Origin: a virus
Length of the DNA stretch: 64,000 nt
Virus record (IMG/VR): IMGVR_UViG_3300031800_000001
Location: 52,087 to 116,086 of that record
Reading direction: 5' to 3' (one strand)
Shown one piece after another: positions 43,701 to 51,859 of the stretch (position 1 is the first letter of the stretch; every line of letters begins with the position of its first letter). The position numbers and the translations under genes are program-made. The notes under the pieces were generated by a model that was not told the origin of the DNA, searched no databases, and saw only the letters and a program-made list of their open reading frames with translations.

Positions 43701-45785
43701 TCTCCTTGTAGCTACGTCTTGATACGTCCCCCTGTTTGCGTCTGACGTAGCAACAATATCCCCCGCCTGAAGATAAGCCCCTTCTATTCCGGCTGTAAAG
43801 TTGCAGGTTTCTGTTTCGAGCCTTTCGGTGGCTAAGGTCCATTGTCCCCATCTTTGTGCTTGATTTTTTGAGGTCGTACCAAAGGCGGTTATATCTTTTA
43901 CTCTTATTCCATATTTTTTTATAGAATCAATATCCTCAACATATTCCATGCTGGGTTTGTACCTGTTCGCTTCGTCGTTGTATCTCACTAGGCAAACTGA
44001 ATGTCTAGCTTTCTTGGCGGAACTGCTGTACATGAAGTCTCCTTCCATGACATTTGCATTGGTGAACAAGTATGTCGGCTCCTTCGGCGCGTCATGCGTT
44101 GCCTGAAGCTTACCCGCGCTATAAAAAGTAAGCCCCCTAAATACACTGGCAACATTATTGATTACGGAAAAAGCATCTTCTTGGTTGGAGATATAAATAT
44201 TTGCTGTAAACCTAGGCTCGCCAAAATCTTCTTCGGGTCTGTCATCATAGTCTTGCGCTGTGAAGCCATTGGGGACAAGCTCGTCGCAATATTGTGCGAT
44301 TTTGAACATAGACCATTTATCGACCCGCTCTTCTCCGATGTATTTTCCTAAACCGTATCTTTTATTTGTTATGAGGTCGTAGTAAATCCAAGCGGGATTG
44401 TCTGTCCATTCTTTTTTCAGTGTTCCGTCGGCATGCCGTTTCCAGTCTCCATCCCAAACCTCGGTTGTGGTGTCAAGTAGGGGATCTCCTTCATTGTCTG
44501 GTCGGACCCCAACGGCGCTACCACCTCGAATTCCCCCATATGTGCGCATAAGAGGGTTGTAGTTGTTTGGCACCTTGACCCGCATCCCTCTCACCCGATG
44601 GGTTCTTTTTGGAATTGCGTTGAATGTGTCCGCCCTGAATTTGTGTCTTATAAATGCAGTGGTTGGATAGCAGAATTTTTCTTCATATATTTCAGTGAGA
44701 GAATCGACAAAGGTTTGATTCCTTAAAGACCCCCTAAAAGAATCAAAGGTTTCCCTGTATATGGCAATACGCCAGCCTATGAAATCAGGATCTTCCGTTA
44801 CGCTAGAGTACCCGTAAGTGGATCCAAAAGAAGAAGGATCGGGAGTTATTTTTGTTGTTTTTGCATACCCATCTGTAATCTTACCACGAATTGTTACCGC
44901 TACGACATTAGTAATAGGTTCTTGCACTACTTCGCCTGCGCTATTCCTAGGAAAGAAGTCGGTATTTTTTGTATCGTCAGAATAATACGGCTTGTGGTCT
45001 ATGCGATAGGTGACGGCGGTTTGCTTTACGTCACCTTTTCCGGTTTTAGCGCCGTCCTCTGTAGACCCGCTCATTAGGGTCTCTGATAGCATTGATACTC
45101 GCACAACGACTATGAAGCCAGTACATCTTTTATTTGTTATGTTGTAAATCTTTGGAAGGCCCTCGCTTCTACCGAGCTTGTCCTCGCCCTCTTTAAGAAT
45201 CATGGAGTCAGCAGAGTAATTTGAATCTTTATATTTAAGCTCCGGTCCGCGTAGCCTTTCCCCCAAGGCTCTTTGGATCTGCAAGGCGTCATCAGAATTA
45301 GAATCTAATACTAAATTTTCACCCGCAGGCTCGCCTTTGGAATGAGTCACATCAACATTTTGAAAATTCCTATAGCCAGCTTTTGACATGACCGCTACGC
45401 CGTTATAGTATACAGATCTAGCCCATCCAGATTGAATCTGACCGGCAGTACCAGATACGTATGGTCTAAATTTTACCAACTCGTAACCGGTTTCTCCTAC
45501 GTAACCAGACTTGTGAAAATAGCCCGAAGAGAGTCCATCAATGGGGCCTTCACTTAAGGCATCTAAAACTTCTACAGTAGAAAGAGATACTGCACCCGGG
45601 GGTTTACCCTGAGAATCGTCAGCCGCTGGACGAGGAAAATCGGGTGAATCCACTCCTTCCGCCTCGACAACAATATCTCTAGGGGTTGGTGGAGTTCCCC
45701 CTCCACCCTTAAAGAATTGGATTTCTCCACTTGGCCCAAGCGTGATAGGGTATCTCGTCTTTTTAATTTTGGGCTTTCTTTTCAT
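40758..45785 (-). CDS. central tail fibre / tip attachment protein (lambda gpJ-like), 1675 aa
   Basis: DALSEGPIDGL, YPTTAF, GMRVKVPNNYNP, WTDNPAWIYYDL..KRYGLG, AQYCDELV, EPRFTAN and FTNANV..GDFMYSSS, plus an FN3-like domain (VTIRWNKP...YNIY...YYVRIYSVN). Confidence 0.92.
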   Translation of the reverse strand: MKRKPKIKKTRYPITLGPSGEIQFFKGGGGTPPTPRDIVVEAEGVDSPDFPRPAADDSQGKPPGAVSLSTVEVLDALSEGPIDGLSSGYFHKSGYVGETGYELVKFRPYVSGTAGQIQSGWARSVYYNGVAVMSKAGYRNFQNVDVTHSKGEPAGENLVLDSNSDDALQIQRALGERLRGPELKYKDSNYSADSMILKEGEDKLGRSEGLPKIYNITNKRCTGFIVVVRVSMLSETLMSGSTEDGAKTGKGDVKQTAVTYRIDHKPYYSDDTKNTDFFPRNSAGEVVQEPITNVVAVTIRGKITDGYAKTTKITPDPSSFGSTYGYSSVTEDPDFIGWRIAIYRETFDSFRGSLRNQTFVDSLTEIYEEKFCYPTTAFIRHKFRADTFNAIPKRTHRVRGMRVKVPNNYNPLMRTYGGIRGGSAVGVRPDNEGDPLLDTTTEVWDGDWKRHADGTLKKEWTDNPAWIYYDLITNKRYGLGKYIGEERVDKWSMFKIAQYCDELVPNGFTAQDYDDRPEEDFGEPRFTANIYISNQEDAFSVINNVASVFRGLTFYSAGKLQATHDAPKEPTYLFTNANVMEGDFMYSSSAKKARHSVCLVRYNDEANRYKPSMEYVEDIDSIKKYGIRVKDITAFGTTSKNQAQRWGQWTLATERLETETCNFTAGIEGAYLQAGDIVATSDANRGTYQDVATRRRGGRILNFQISSGHNMDGQPNWTGRAVLDSSISGWLDGGAHYSIPELGDKAQLNFSIVTPPAYGDPLVTDLSTSDLANLYSRKSAVQNLNFRKADAGVGTLTNFVGESGWATNDLMADGSLSISDYDKTSIENHTIIHFTGLYHNGTNVLNDKDYNVTGFTGLLWDRNGNEQLAPDGVNYSGFVEDSPDSFIWSVAYTGALLQGHGGKRDQELWKVIGVEEKNNFRYGVQCVAHDPDKFDFVDKKYEPLVTESIGTPNAPTFSSSPFTISQLGSLTAKKVTIRWNKPSPDTNLAGYNIYIKRDANFVNSEDFHEDIWGAHPNGVYFSRFVPDDGSSPSTYFIPFQNGTYYVRIYSVNKHGRSESRNAHCAASVTVSDINLIRDVSISALSLAGATDLSDFTQQVSEAANYALTNVDNDAGSKDGWPYYHLGNANIAWQAGFAGDPTELAGLALPQDYTFRITFRKPSGPGNDFPDPLIHKEITGQTPADLNYSLSLNDNMDIALPAGYDYPSVRGEIVTPLRAMDVVVEAIDADGNSSAGGQVLYTPAGVLTQDSSHAENPAGYDILYIQNTPASGIRLTHRVAEGPGQAAENCVHPNTVNYCTDQWLNADGTLNFLLRRDLPGRVTGQADVTNAAFLISRSHFDTSDIPTMLQNGLIDDDGSLGGDNSAELTSPYRLNLSAETYLVMGQGFTSSLDYALSVPTPFQNIQSESAIGEVGSFTHLYMAVAFVDHFLSEAGKQRPTKKDIVKKLLWGNEFSDNVIKIGARNAFLAGSLSWRAWAVVNVNWDCATDLSYHLGGFDTITLVDYAGDYQIRRAWSTGGKSPETKYNFTTIQAYRQARKFTFTTPQPTDQYEIVVWFSATPKWRTATDRIPVYGSDSSLSPNMQILTKDGVLQKTTTHFTLKDSALGGFGQGSRPVQGNLFVGILLGSPFPPGGEDLGGFGQLSSDPVFDYNFDTWDTTKATKYGQDQGISTYNLS

Positions 45786-45789
45786 TTGG

Positions 45790-46482
45790 TTAGTTCGTTA
45801 TAGAGCTCGACGCTGCATCCACGTCGTATACATCATAATAAGCGGCAAGCGTCTGACTGCCGCATATAAGTTCACCGTAGCAAATGGGTACGGGGCCGCC
45901 CTCTGTCGAAACGTTTACTGGGCCATTAAATAAGTAGGAAGCTGACATGGCCCCCTCTAAGTTCTTTAGCTCCTCCATCTCAGGGGGCTCCATAAGCAAT
46001 GCCGCTATTCCTGCGGCCAAAAGACCAATTCCAGCCATTATTATCATCGCTCCAATATCGGGACTGATGTAAACGGCTACTAGAATGCCTATGATAATAA
46101 TTATAATAGCAAAAATTATAGTAAAAGTTTCATCCGCGCCCTCAACTACGGGAACTATATCTATTTTTTTCAGCTTGGGGTTATTAATCTTAAGCTCGGA
46201 ATTCCTTATGGCTTCCAGTTGTTTCTTGGTTTTATCTTTGTTGTCGTATATATGGTCAAACCGAATATCTGAGGATGATTTCCATGGCTCATTATTGATT
46301 AATATTTTAAATTTTTGATTTTTCTTCTGCTCTCTGCCGAGTTGTCTGAATAGCTTACCATCTGATAGTTTATTAATTGCATGCATCGCTTCCGAGACGC
46401 TTTGTACGTGCAAGTTCCAAGTCTTCATTCCTACTTTTTTCCCCAGCTTTCCGTGGAGTTTAATTTCAACGGGCTTTTTCAT
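45790..46482 (-). CDS. tail assembly protein I (lambda gpI-like, ubiquitin-like N-domain)
   Basis: IKLHGKLGKK...SVSEAMHAI...IDIVPVVEGA, a hydrophobic hairpin, then SYLFNGPVN...GGPVPICYGE..GS. Confidence 0.9.
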   Translation of the reverse strand: MKKPVEIKLHGKLGKKVGMKTWNLHVQSVSEAMHAINKLSDGKLFRQLGREQKKNQKFKILINNEPWKSSSDIRFDHIYDNKDKTKKQLEAIRNSELKINNPKLKKIDIVPVVEGADETFTIIFAIIIIIIGILVAVYISPDIGAMIIMAGIGLLAAGIAALLMEPPEMEELKNLEGAMSASYLFNGPVNVSTEGGPVPICYGELICGSQTLAAYYDVYDVDAASSSITN

Positions 46483-47299
46483 GTCTTAAAATATTTGTTA
46501 TTGCTAGTTTATGATTAATGTTAAGTTTTTCTATTTTTGAGATCTGTTTCCATGGGTGATGCAATATCTTGCCATCGCCAAGATAGATCATGGAGTGTAT
46601 TGCTTGGGTTATGTTGTATTTTTTGTTCCATTTTTCGTTCCAAGTTTTAGTTAAAATTACATCGTGTTTTTTGAGAGTTTTAACTTCATGAAATCCGTTG
46701 TGTTTGAGAAAATTTAAGTATACGGGGGTTGTTTTATATTTTTCAATCATTTTTCTCAAGTACGCCCCTTCCTCGTTGTCTTTTACGGATTTAAACAGCA
46801 TGGACATGGTGCATGATTCACCACGAGCTTCGCCAATCACCGAGCCAATAAATTCTTTTTGGCCGGTAAGTTCTATGTTAAAGAATTTTTTATAGTAATC
46901 TTCTACCAAATCTACACATGTGGTAATGCCCGAAGTCCATTCTCTCCCCACGAAAGGAGCAACAAAACCATCTGGTTGATGAGAATCAAAACAATCATCC
47001 TCGACACAGTAAAGAATGATGTTTGTTTCTAGTCTTTCGCTTTCGTGTTTATCAGCCCAAGATAGCTTTTTTCCATCAAAATGAGAATGGTAAATAGCAA
47101 AAAGATCCGAATCTCCAATTTTGTTCTTTAAGTCTTCTTCGGAGATAACACAATGATAGGTAGGATTTTGCGATACATTTTTACATTTTTTGGTAATAAA
47201 GTGACCGTCATTTTCCAAAACAACGCCGCAGCATTCGTTTGGGGATTCTTCCAAGGAATGTTTCTTGATGCTTTTTTTAATTGTTTCTGATATTTTCAA
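46466..47299 (-). CDS. tail assembly protein K paralogue 2 (JAB/MPN + NlpC/P60)
   Basis: PNECCG and YHSH....LSWAD (JAMM motif); TCVDLVEDYY and IHSMIYLGDGKILHH (NlpC/P60). Confidence 0.85.
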   Translation of the reverse strand: MKISETIKKSIKKHSLEESPNECCGVVLENDGHFITKKCKNVSQNPTYHCVISEEDLKNKIGDSDLFAIYHSHFDGKKLSWADKHESERLETNIILYCVEDDCFDSHQPDGFVAPFVGREWTSGITTCVDLVEDYYKKFFNIELTGQKEFIGSVIGEARGESCTMSMLFKSVKDNEEGAYLRKMIEKYKTTPVYLNFLKHNGFHEVKTLKKHDVILTKTWNEKWNKKYNITQAIHSMIYLGDGKILHHPWKQISKIEKLNINHKLAITNILRHEKAR

Positions 47300-48030
47300 A
47301 ACTGACTTTCGTGCCTTAGTGCGTGTGTGGTTCTTTTTTTAAATTCTTTATTGTACTCTTCGATTCTAGAGTAGCAACTTATTTGGTGGTGTAAAATTAA
47401 ATCATTGCCAACATAAATAGCACCATGACTAGGGTTCTTCTTTCCGTAGCTCTTCATTAGGATAACGTCGTGTTTTTTGAGTGCGGATATGTCGGTAACC
47501 TCTCCCTTCAGGACGACTTCGAACCCTTCGTTAGGATACTCATCAACATACCAATTTGGGTTTGATGTAATATACTCAAAGTTCCTTTCTTTTTCTGGTA
47601 AATCGACGTCTAATTCTTTTTTGTAGTAATCGCGTATTATGGTATAGCAATCATTTTTACCTAGGCAAAAATCTCTCCCTATGTAAAAAGATTCGCATCC
47701 CTTCGGCTCGTATTCTTTAAACTCTTGACTCTTAAGGCTATACATTATGAATTTTATTTCGTGGTGTTCGCTTTGTATTTTGTCGTAATCAGAAAATTCA
47801 CTGCTGTTGATGTGCGAGTGGTAAAAGGAAATTATTTCACCAAAGCACGAGGCTTTAAGGTAGTCGCTTGGGTCAATTGAAAACATCATACGTTTGTTTT
47901 CGGCCATATTTCTACATCTTAGGGCTTTAAGCTGAAGGGTGTCTTCCTCTTGATATAAAATTCCACAGCACTCGTTGGGCGACTCTTCTAGAGCGTGGTC
48001 TTTTATGTGTTTTTTGATGTAGTCTTTCAT
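47296..48030 (-). CDS. tail assembly protein K paralogue 1 (JAB/MPN + NlpC/P60); true start probably 48030, not 48120
   Basis: MKDYIKKHIKDHALEESPNECCG, YHSH....FSDYD, DCYTIIRDYY and SHGAIYVG..LILHH. The ATG at 48030 is 2 nt after the L stop and aligns with the paralogue's N-terminus. Confidence 0.88.
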   Translation of the reverse strand: MKDYIKKHIKDHALEESPNECCGILYQEEDTLQLKALRCRNMAENKRMMFSIDPSDYLKASCFGEIISFYHSHINSSEFSDYDKIQSEHHEIKFIMYSLKSQEFKEYEPKGCESFYIGRDFCLGKNDCYTIIRDYYKKELDVDLPEKERNFEYITSNPNWYVDEYPNEGFEVVLKGEVTDISALKKHDVILMKSYGKKNPSHGAIYVGNDLILHHQISCYSRIEEYNKEFKKRTTHALRHESQF

Positions 48031-48032
48031 CG

Positions 48033-49325
48033 TTACTCTGATCCATGTAGTTTTTCGACGGCTGGGAAGCCTCCAAATGGTAAGCAACCGGCATGCGTAT
48101 TTGTGCCGCAGCCACCACATGGGTTACTCATTGAGTAAACGCCGCAAGTTGTTGAGGTACCAATCATCGAATCCGTGGATGTGCCAAAAATACGTACATC
48201 TCCGTGCCTTTTGTACTCATCCGACCATCTTAATTTGCACCCCTTTATTGTCTTGGAGCACTTGTCTTCCAGCCAATAATTGTTATTGGGTGGAATTGTT
48301 GATAAAGTTCCTCCTTGCGCGGTTGAAGCTGCGGGTACGGCGTCTTTTGCTATAAAATAATATTTTATATCATTTTTAGTTATGTAAATATTTTCTCCTA
48401 TAGAATAGGCCCTTTCGGGATCATACGCTGTTGCCGCTTGTTGTGGGCGGTAGTCTGTACCGAGTTTGTCTATGAAAAGCTCGTCATTTTCGTTTGCTAA
48501 AGGGGGAGCTTTACAGGGAAATTTAAGTTCGCTGAAGCTATCCGTGCCAAAGGCCGATTCGAGTTGGTCGTTAGTCATGTTTTGCCCAACTTGCTCGTAT
48601 TCGTAAATGCACCCTTCTCCTCTGTACTGAAATTGACAATACCTTGAAATAACCAGCCTCATTGGAAGCTTTAGATTTTCAAAATCAATAAAGGAACCCA
48701 ACTCAAATTCTAATCCATTTTTGCTCTCTACGCTTTTTCTGTTTATGAAAAATACTTCCCTAGGGAATTCGGCTAGTGGATCTGGTGCAAACCCTTCGGG
48801 TATTAAAGTGTCGTCACCCAAGGTAACTCTTCCTCCTCCGGGTTGGATATCATAAAAGTTTTTCAGATCTAGATACTTAGCGAAAGTCCTTACTCTTGTT
48901 ACTTTAGCTCCAATTAGATCATCTAGCTTTCTCACCATTGTCTTAAAGTCTTTAAACATCGATTGCTGGTCTTCTTTTTCATTCGACATCATACTCATTC
49001 TGGGGGTAGGCGTAGAGCTCCTCGTGCTGCTGTCGAACCCCTCCACACTTATAGGTAAGGGGTGGTATTCTTCACCCTTCCAGTATATTTTTTGTTTAGT
49101 AAGTTTTAGGTTATTATGGAATCTAAAAACGGCTTCTCCGGCTAAAGTAGTTTCAAGATAGGGCATGCTTTCATCTATCAGCAAATCTTCTAAATCTATT
49201 TCGTATAGAGTCACAACAGCAGACGGAGCCACCTTACCCATCTGGGTGACAATTTTTTCCCCGGACTGCTTCGATCTATTTATTATGACCTTCGGGAAAT
49301 CACTTAATTTTTTATCACTTGACAT
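48033..49325 (-). CDS. minor tail protein L (lambda gpL-like, Fe-S binding)
   Basis: VTLYEIDL, IYWKGEEY.PLPI..EGF, LIGAKVTRVRTFAKYLD..NF, CQFQYRGEGC, DKCSKTIKGCKLR and LPFGGFPA. Confidence 0.92.
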   Translation of the reverse strand: MSSDKKLSDFPKVIINRSKQSGEKIVTQMGKVAPSAVVTLYEIDLEDLLIDESMPYLETTLAGEAVFRFHNNLKLTKQKIYWKGEEYHPLPISVEGFDSSTRSSTPTPRMSMMSNEKEDQQSMFKDFKTMVRKLDDLIGAKVTRVRTFAKYLDLKNFYDIQPGGGRVTLGDDTLIPEGFAPDPLAEFPREVFFINRKSVESKNGLEFELGSFIDFENLKLPMRLVISRYCQFQYRGEGCIYEYEQVGQNMTNDQLESAFGTDSFSELKFPCKAPPLANENDELFIDKLGTDYRPQQAATAYDPERAYSIGENIYITKNDIKYYFIAKDAVPAASTAQGGTLSTIPPNNNYWLEDKCSKTIKGCKLRWSDEYKRHGDVRIFGTSTDSMIGTSTTCGVYSMSNPCGGCGTNTHAGCLPFGGFPAVEKLHGSE

Positions 49326-49334
49326 ATTGCGATG

Positions 49335-49880
49335 TTAGTTTGTTACTTCTTCGAAGGTTGCTCTTATGGTATAATTTTCATAGAAATTAAAAGTTACGCC
49401 CCAATCTCTGGCAACATACAATTTATCAATATTATACGGAGCGGGAAGCATGCATAGGAAGGATTCCTGAGCCTTTCTCGAATGAAAAAAATGAGTAATT
49501 GCTTTGGCCTCAGCCGCGTCTCTGGTCTCAAAACTAATCGTGGCTCTCAGCAGAATGCTTTCTATACCATCTATGACTCTTTGTTCGTAGCCGTCTCCAT
49601 AGGAATAACGGATAACTCTCGGTTTATTTTCTACGGTAAAATTATAGGAAGGTTTCCACCAGAAATGAGGCTTGTTGGTCGAGGTTTTGATGTTGTCAAA
49701 TTTCACCCCCGCCCACTCGTGGTTTGAAAGCGACGGCGCACTAAGAACGCCGGGAACAGAGGCGTACCAATAGTATTTACGCGTTTTACCACTTACCGTA
49801 AGATCGTGCCAGACTATGTCGTTTTTCTTATATTCTGTTCCGGCATTAAACTTCTCTATATTGTAAATGTTAGTACCCAT
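49335..49880 (-). CDS. minor tail protein M / distal tail protein (lambda gpM-like) with an N-terminal extension
   Basis: FWWKP...PRV....YGDGYEQR..DGI...EAKAITHFF......SF....P...ATFEEV. Confidence 0.9.
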   Translation of the reverse strand: MGTNIYNIEKFNAGTEYKKNDIVWHDLTVSGKTRKYYWYASVPGVLSAPSLSNHEWAGVKFDNIKTSTNKPHFWWKPSYNFTVENKPRVIRYSYGDGYEQRVIDGIESILLRATISFETRDAAEAKAITHFFHSRKAQESFLCMLPAPYNIDKLYVARDWGVTFNFYENYTIRATFEEVTN

Positions 49881-49946
49881 ACACCATACCTTTTTCCTGA
49901 TTTATTTACACGTAGTTGCCAAATATATGCAGTGTAATAGTATTCG
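49881..49946. promoter_or_regulatory. divergent promoter region with back-to-back GTGTAA motifs
   Basis: Minus strand GTGTAAATA at 49911-49903 points to M; plus strand GTGTAATA at 49932-49939 points to the 49947 gene. Confidence 0.65.
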
Positions 49947-50900
49947 ATGGCATTCAAGATAATCAATAGAGAAAAGCAGGAGGTTTTCATAGGATCTGGG
50001 CAGGTACATGGGGTGCAGTCCATATCATATAATTGGGCAATACCAGAAGCGCCGATTGAATTCATAGGCCAGTCAAACTCCCTTATAGTCCCGCAGGGGC
50101 CACAAATAGGGGATTTTTCAATCAATATGCTAGTTGTGGATACTGACCCACTTGTAAAATGCATAAGTAGCGGAGCTTTCAATGGGTTTATAACTGACGA
50201 CAGAAGAGATCCCACTAGATTTTACAGTTTTTATTCGGGGTATTTAACTAGATATACCCTATCATGCGGTGTTGACTCATTACCCCAAGTAAACGCGACC
50301 TTTAGGGTAGTGGGGGATATGGGGAAAATTCCATCTGGATCGTTACCGCCAGAACCAGCGGCAGAATTAAGATACATAACTGGAACAACCCCAGCGCAAA
50401 CCGCACCTACAGGATTCGCGGATAATCCGGGTGATGGGGGATATAGAATTGGTGCGCCGACAAGCGTTGAGATAACAATGGACGATTTTGAAGCCAATAT
50501 TGTAAATAGTTTTACATTAGGGCTTGAGATACCGAGGAGAGACTATTATAAAATAGGAAGAAGGAGTCCGTTTTCCGTAGAAATAGACTATCCCGTGGCG
50601 GCAACAGCGGATTTCACAATTGAAGTCAATGGTGCTGACATAGGGTATTCTGGCAGTACATTTAGAGGGTATCCATGCAAGGCGAAACTTAAGAATTTTG
50701 ACGTTAAAATAAAAGATTACCAAACTTATCAAGTAATAACGCAATTTAATTTCACGGGGGCCACTTTAATAGGCGAAAATTACCAAGTAGACGTCAATAA
50801 TAACTTAAAAATACAAGCCAGATATAAGGTATACATTGAGAACCTTCTGTCCGAAACCGGAAACCTCAATACTCCACAATTAGTTACAATTACTAACTAA
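49947..50900 (+). CDS. tail tube-like paralogue 1
   Basis: Aligns by eye with 17005..18312: VQSISYNWAIP / SGYLTRYTLSCGVDSLPQV / SFTLGLEIPRRDYYKIG...VEIDYPV. Confidence 0.65.
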   Translation: MAFKIINREKQEVFIGSGQVHGVQSISYNWAIPEAPIEFIGQSNSLIVPQGPQIGDFSINMLVVDTDPLVKCISSGAFNGFITDDRRDPTRFYSFYSGYLTRYTLSCGVDSLPQVNATFRVVGDMGKIPSGSLPPEPAAELRYITGTTPAQTAPTGFADNPGDGGYRIGAPTSVEITMDDFEANIVNSFTLGLEIPRRDYYKIGRRSPFSVEIDYPVAATADFTIEVNGADIGYSGSTFRGYPCKAKLKNFDVKIKDYQTYQVITQFNFTGATLIGENYQVDVNNNLKIQARYKVYIENLLSETGNLNTPQLVTITN

Positions 50901-50906
50901 TTTCCA

Positions 50907-50914
50907 GTGTAATT
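50907..50914 (+). promoter_or_regulatory. GTGTAATT motif upstream of 50942
   Basis: Same motif, followed by ACAAGG as seen upstream of the TMP. Confidence 0.5.
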
Positions 50915-50941
50915 GATAAAGAGGTACAAGGTTTTTGGGCA

Positions 50942-51859
50942 ATGATTTTTTTCAACAATTGTGACGTGGTGGTAAACGGTACGGGTGTAATGGCCGAGCA
51001 GGTATCATTGTCTACCGCTAACTCAATTGTTGCTGTCCGAGCTATGGGCAAAAACCTCGCAGAAGGCTCTGATCCAGACGGACAATATTCAGCCGCTGTG
51101 CGCTTTTCTTACTACTTGGAGGTGGAAAAAGACCCGGTTTACGCAAACGTTTTAGATTATTTGGGCTTGGTTCACAACACGGTTGACCCAAACTATCACG
51201 ATATTCCGCCAAATGTAATAGGGGTAGCTGGAGTAACTGGAGTCTACTACTTGGATAGCTACAGCGTAAGCGTGTCATCAAACGACATAATCAAAGCTAA
51301 CGCTTCATACGTGGGGTTTGTGCCGCCCACGGGTACAGTAATCAAGCGATCAGGTGTAGTCGACAAGGGGTACGCGGAAAGCTTTAGCGGATTAGCTCAC
51401 TCTTGGACAACGTCCCTTCTCGCTAGTGATGGGACAATATTGGCTCCAGTTTATGATTTTTCCTATAATTTCAGAGGGGTAGTAAATCCAATTTACGTAT
51501 TAGGGCAAAAATACCCGAAGCAAGTACAACTCCTAACCGCGGAAGAAACAGTGAATGTAGTTAAAGACACGTCTTCCATAAATATAAGCGGCCAAGGCCC
51601 CGACTCTCATCCAATTACTTTTTACGGAGAAAGTGGATGGGCTTTATTTAGTGGGCAGCTAGAGGACGGATCATATTTCAGCGAATATGATCCCGAGTCC
51701 CCACCTAGGGTAAGAATTGAACCATTAAGTGGTCTATGCGATACTTCTTTGCATTTTATGGAATTTGATTTTTCAGGAATGAAAATAGAAACTTCAGATA
51801 TATCTATAGACACAAACGATTTTGCAAAAACTTCGTACACACTTAGGAGGTACCATTAA
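50942..51859 (+). CDS. tail tube-like paralogue 2
   Basis: Same two-half pattern: YLDSYSVSVSSNDIIKANASY; DFSYNFRGVVNPIYVLGQKYP. Confidence 0.55.
   Translation: MIFFNNCDVVVNGTGVMAEQVSLSTANSIVAVRAMGKNLAEGSDPDGQYSAAVRFSYYLEVEKDPVYANVLDYLGLVHNTVDPNYHDIPPNVIGVAGVTGVYYLDSYSVSVSSNDIIKANASYVGFVPPTGTVIKRSGVVDKGYAESFSGLAHSWTTSLLASDGTILAPVYDFSYNFRGVVNPIYVLGQKYPKQVQLLTAEETVNVVKDTSSINISGQGPDSHPITFYGESGWALFSGQLEDGSYFSEYDPESPPRVRIEPLSGLCDTSLHFMEFDFSGMKIETSDISIDTNDFAKTSYTLRRYH

Noticed and set aside
48031-48120. ORF-track N-terminal extension of K (MWWLRH...)
   Set aside because: It overlaps the conserved C-terminus of gpL. The ATG at 48030 matches the paralogue's start and the usual 2-nt spacing.
39780-49950. 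Invertible (phase-variable) segment explaining the strand switch
   Set aside because: No flanking inverted repeats or invertase were seen. The left junction is a shared stop codon and the right one is a divergent promoter pair.
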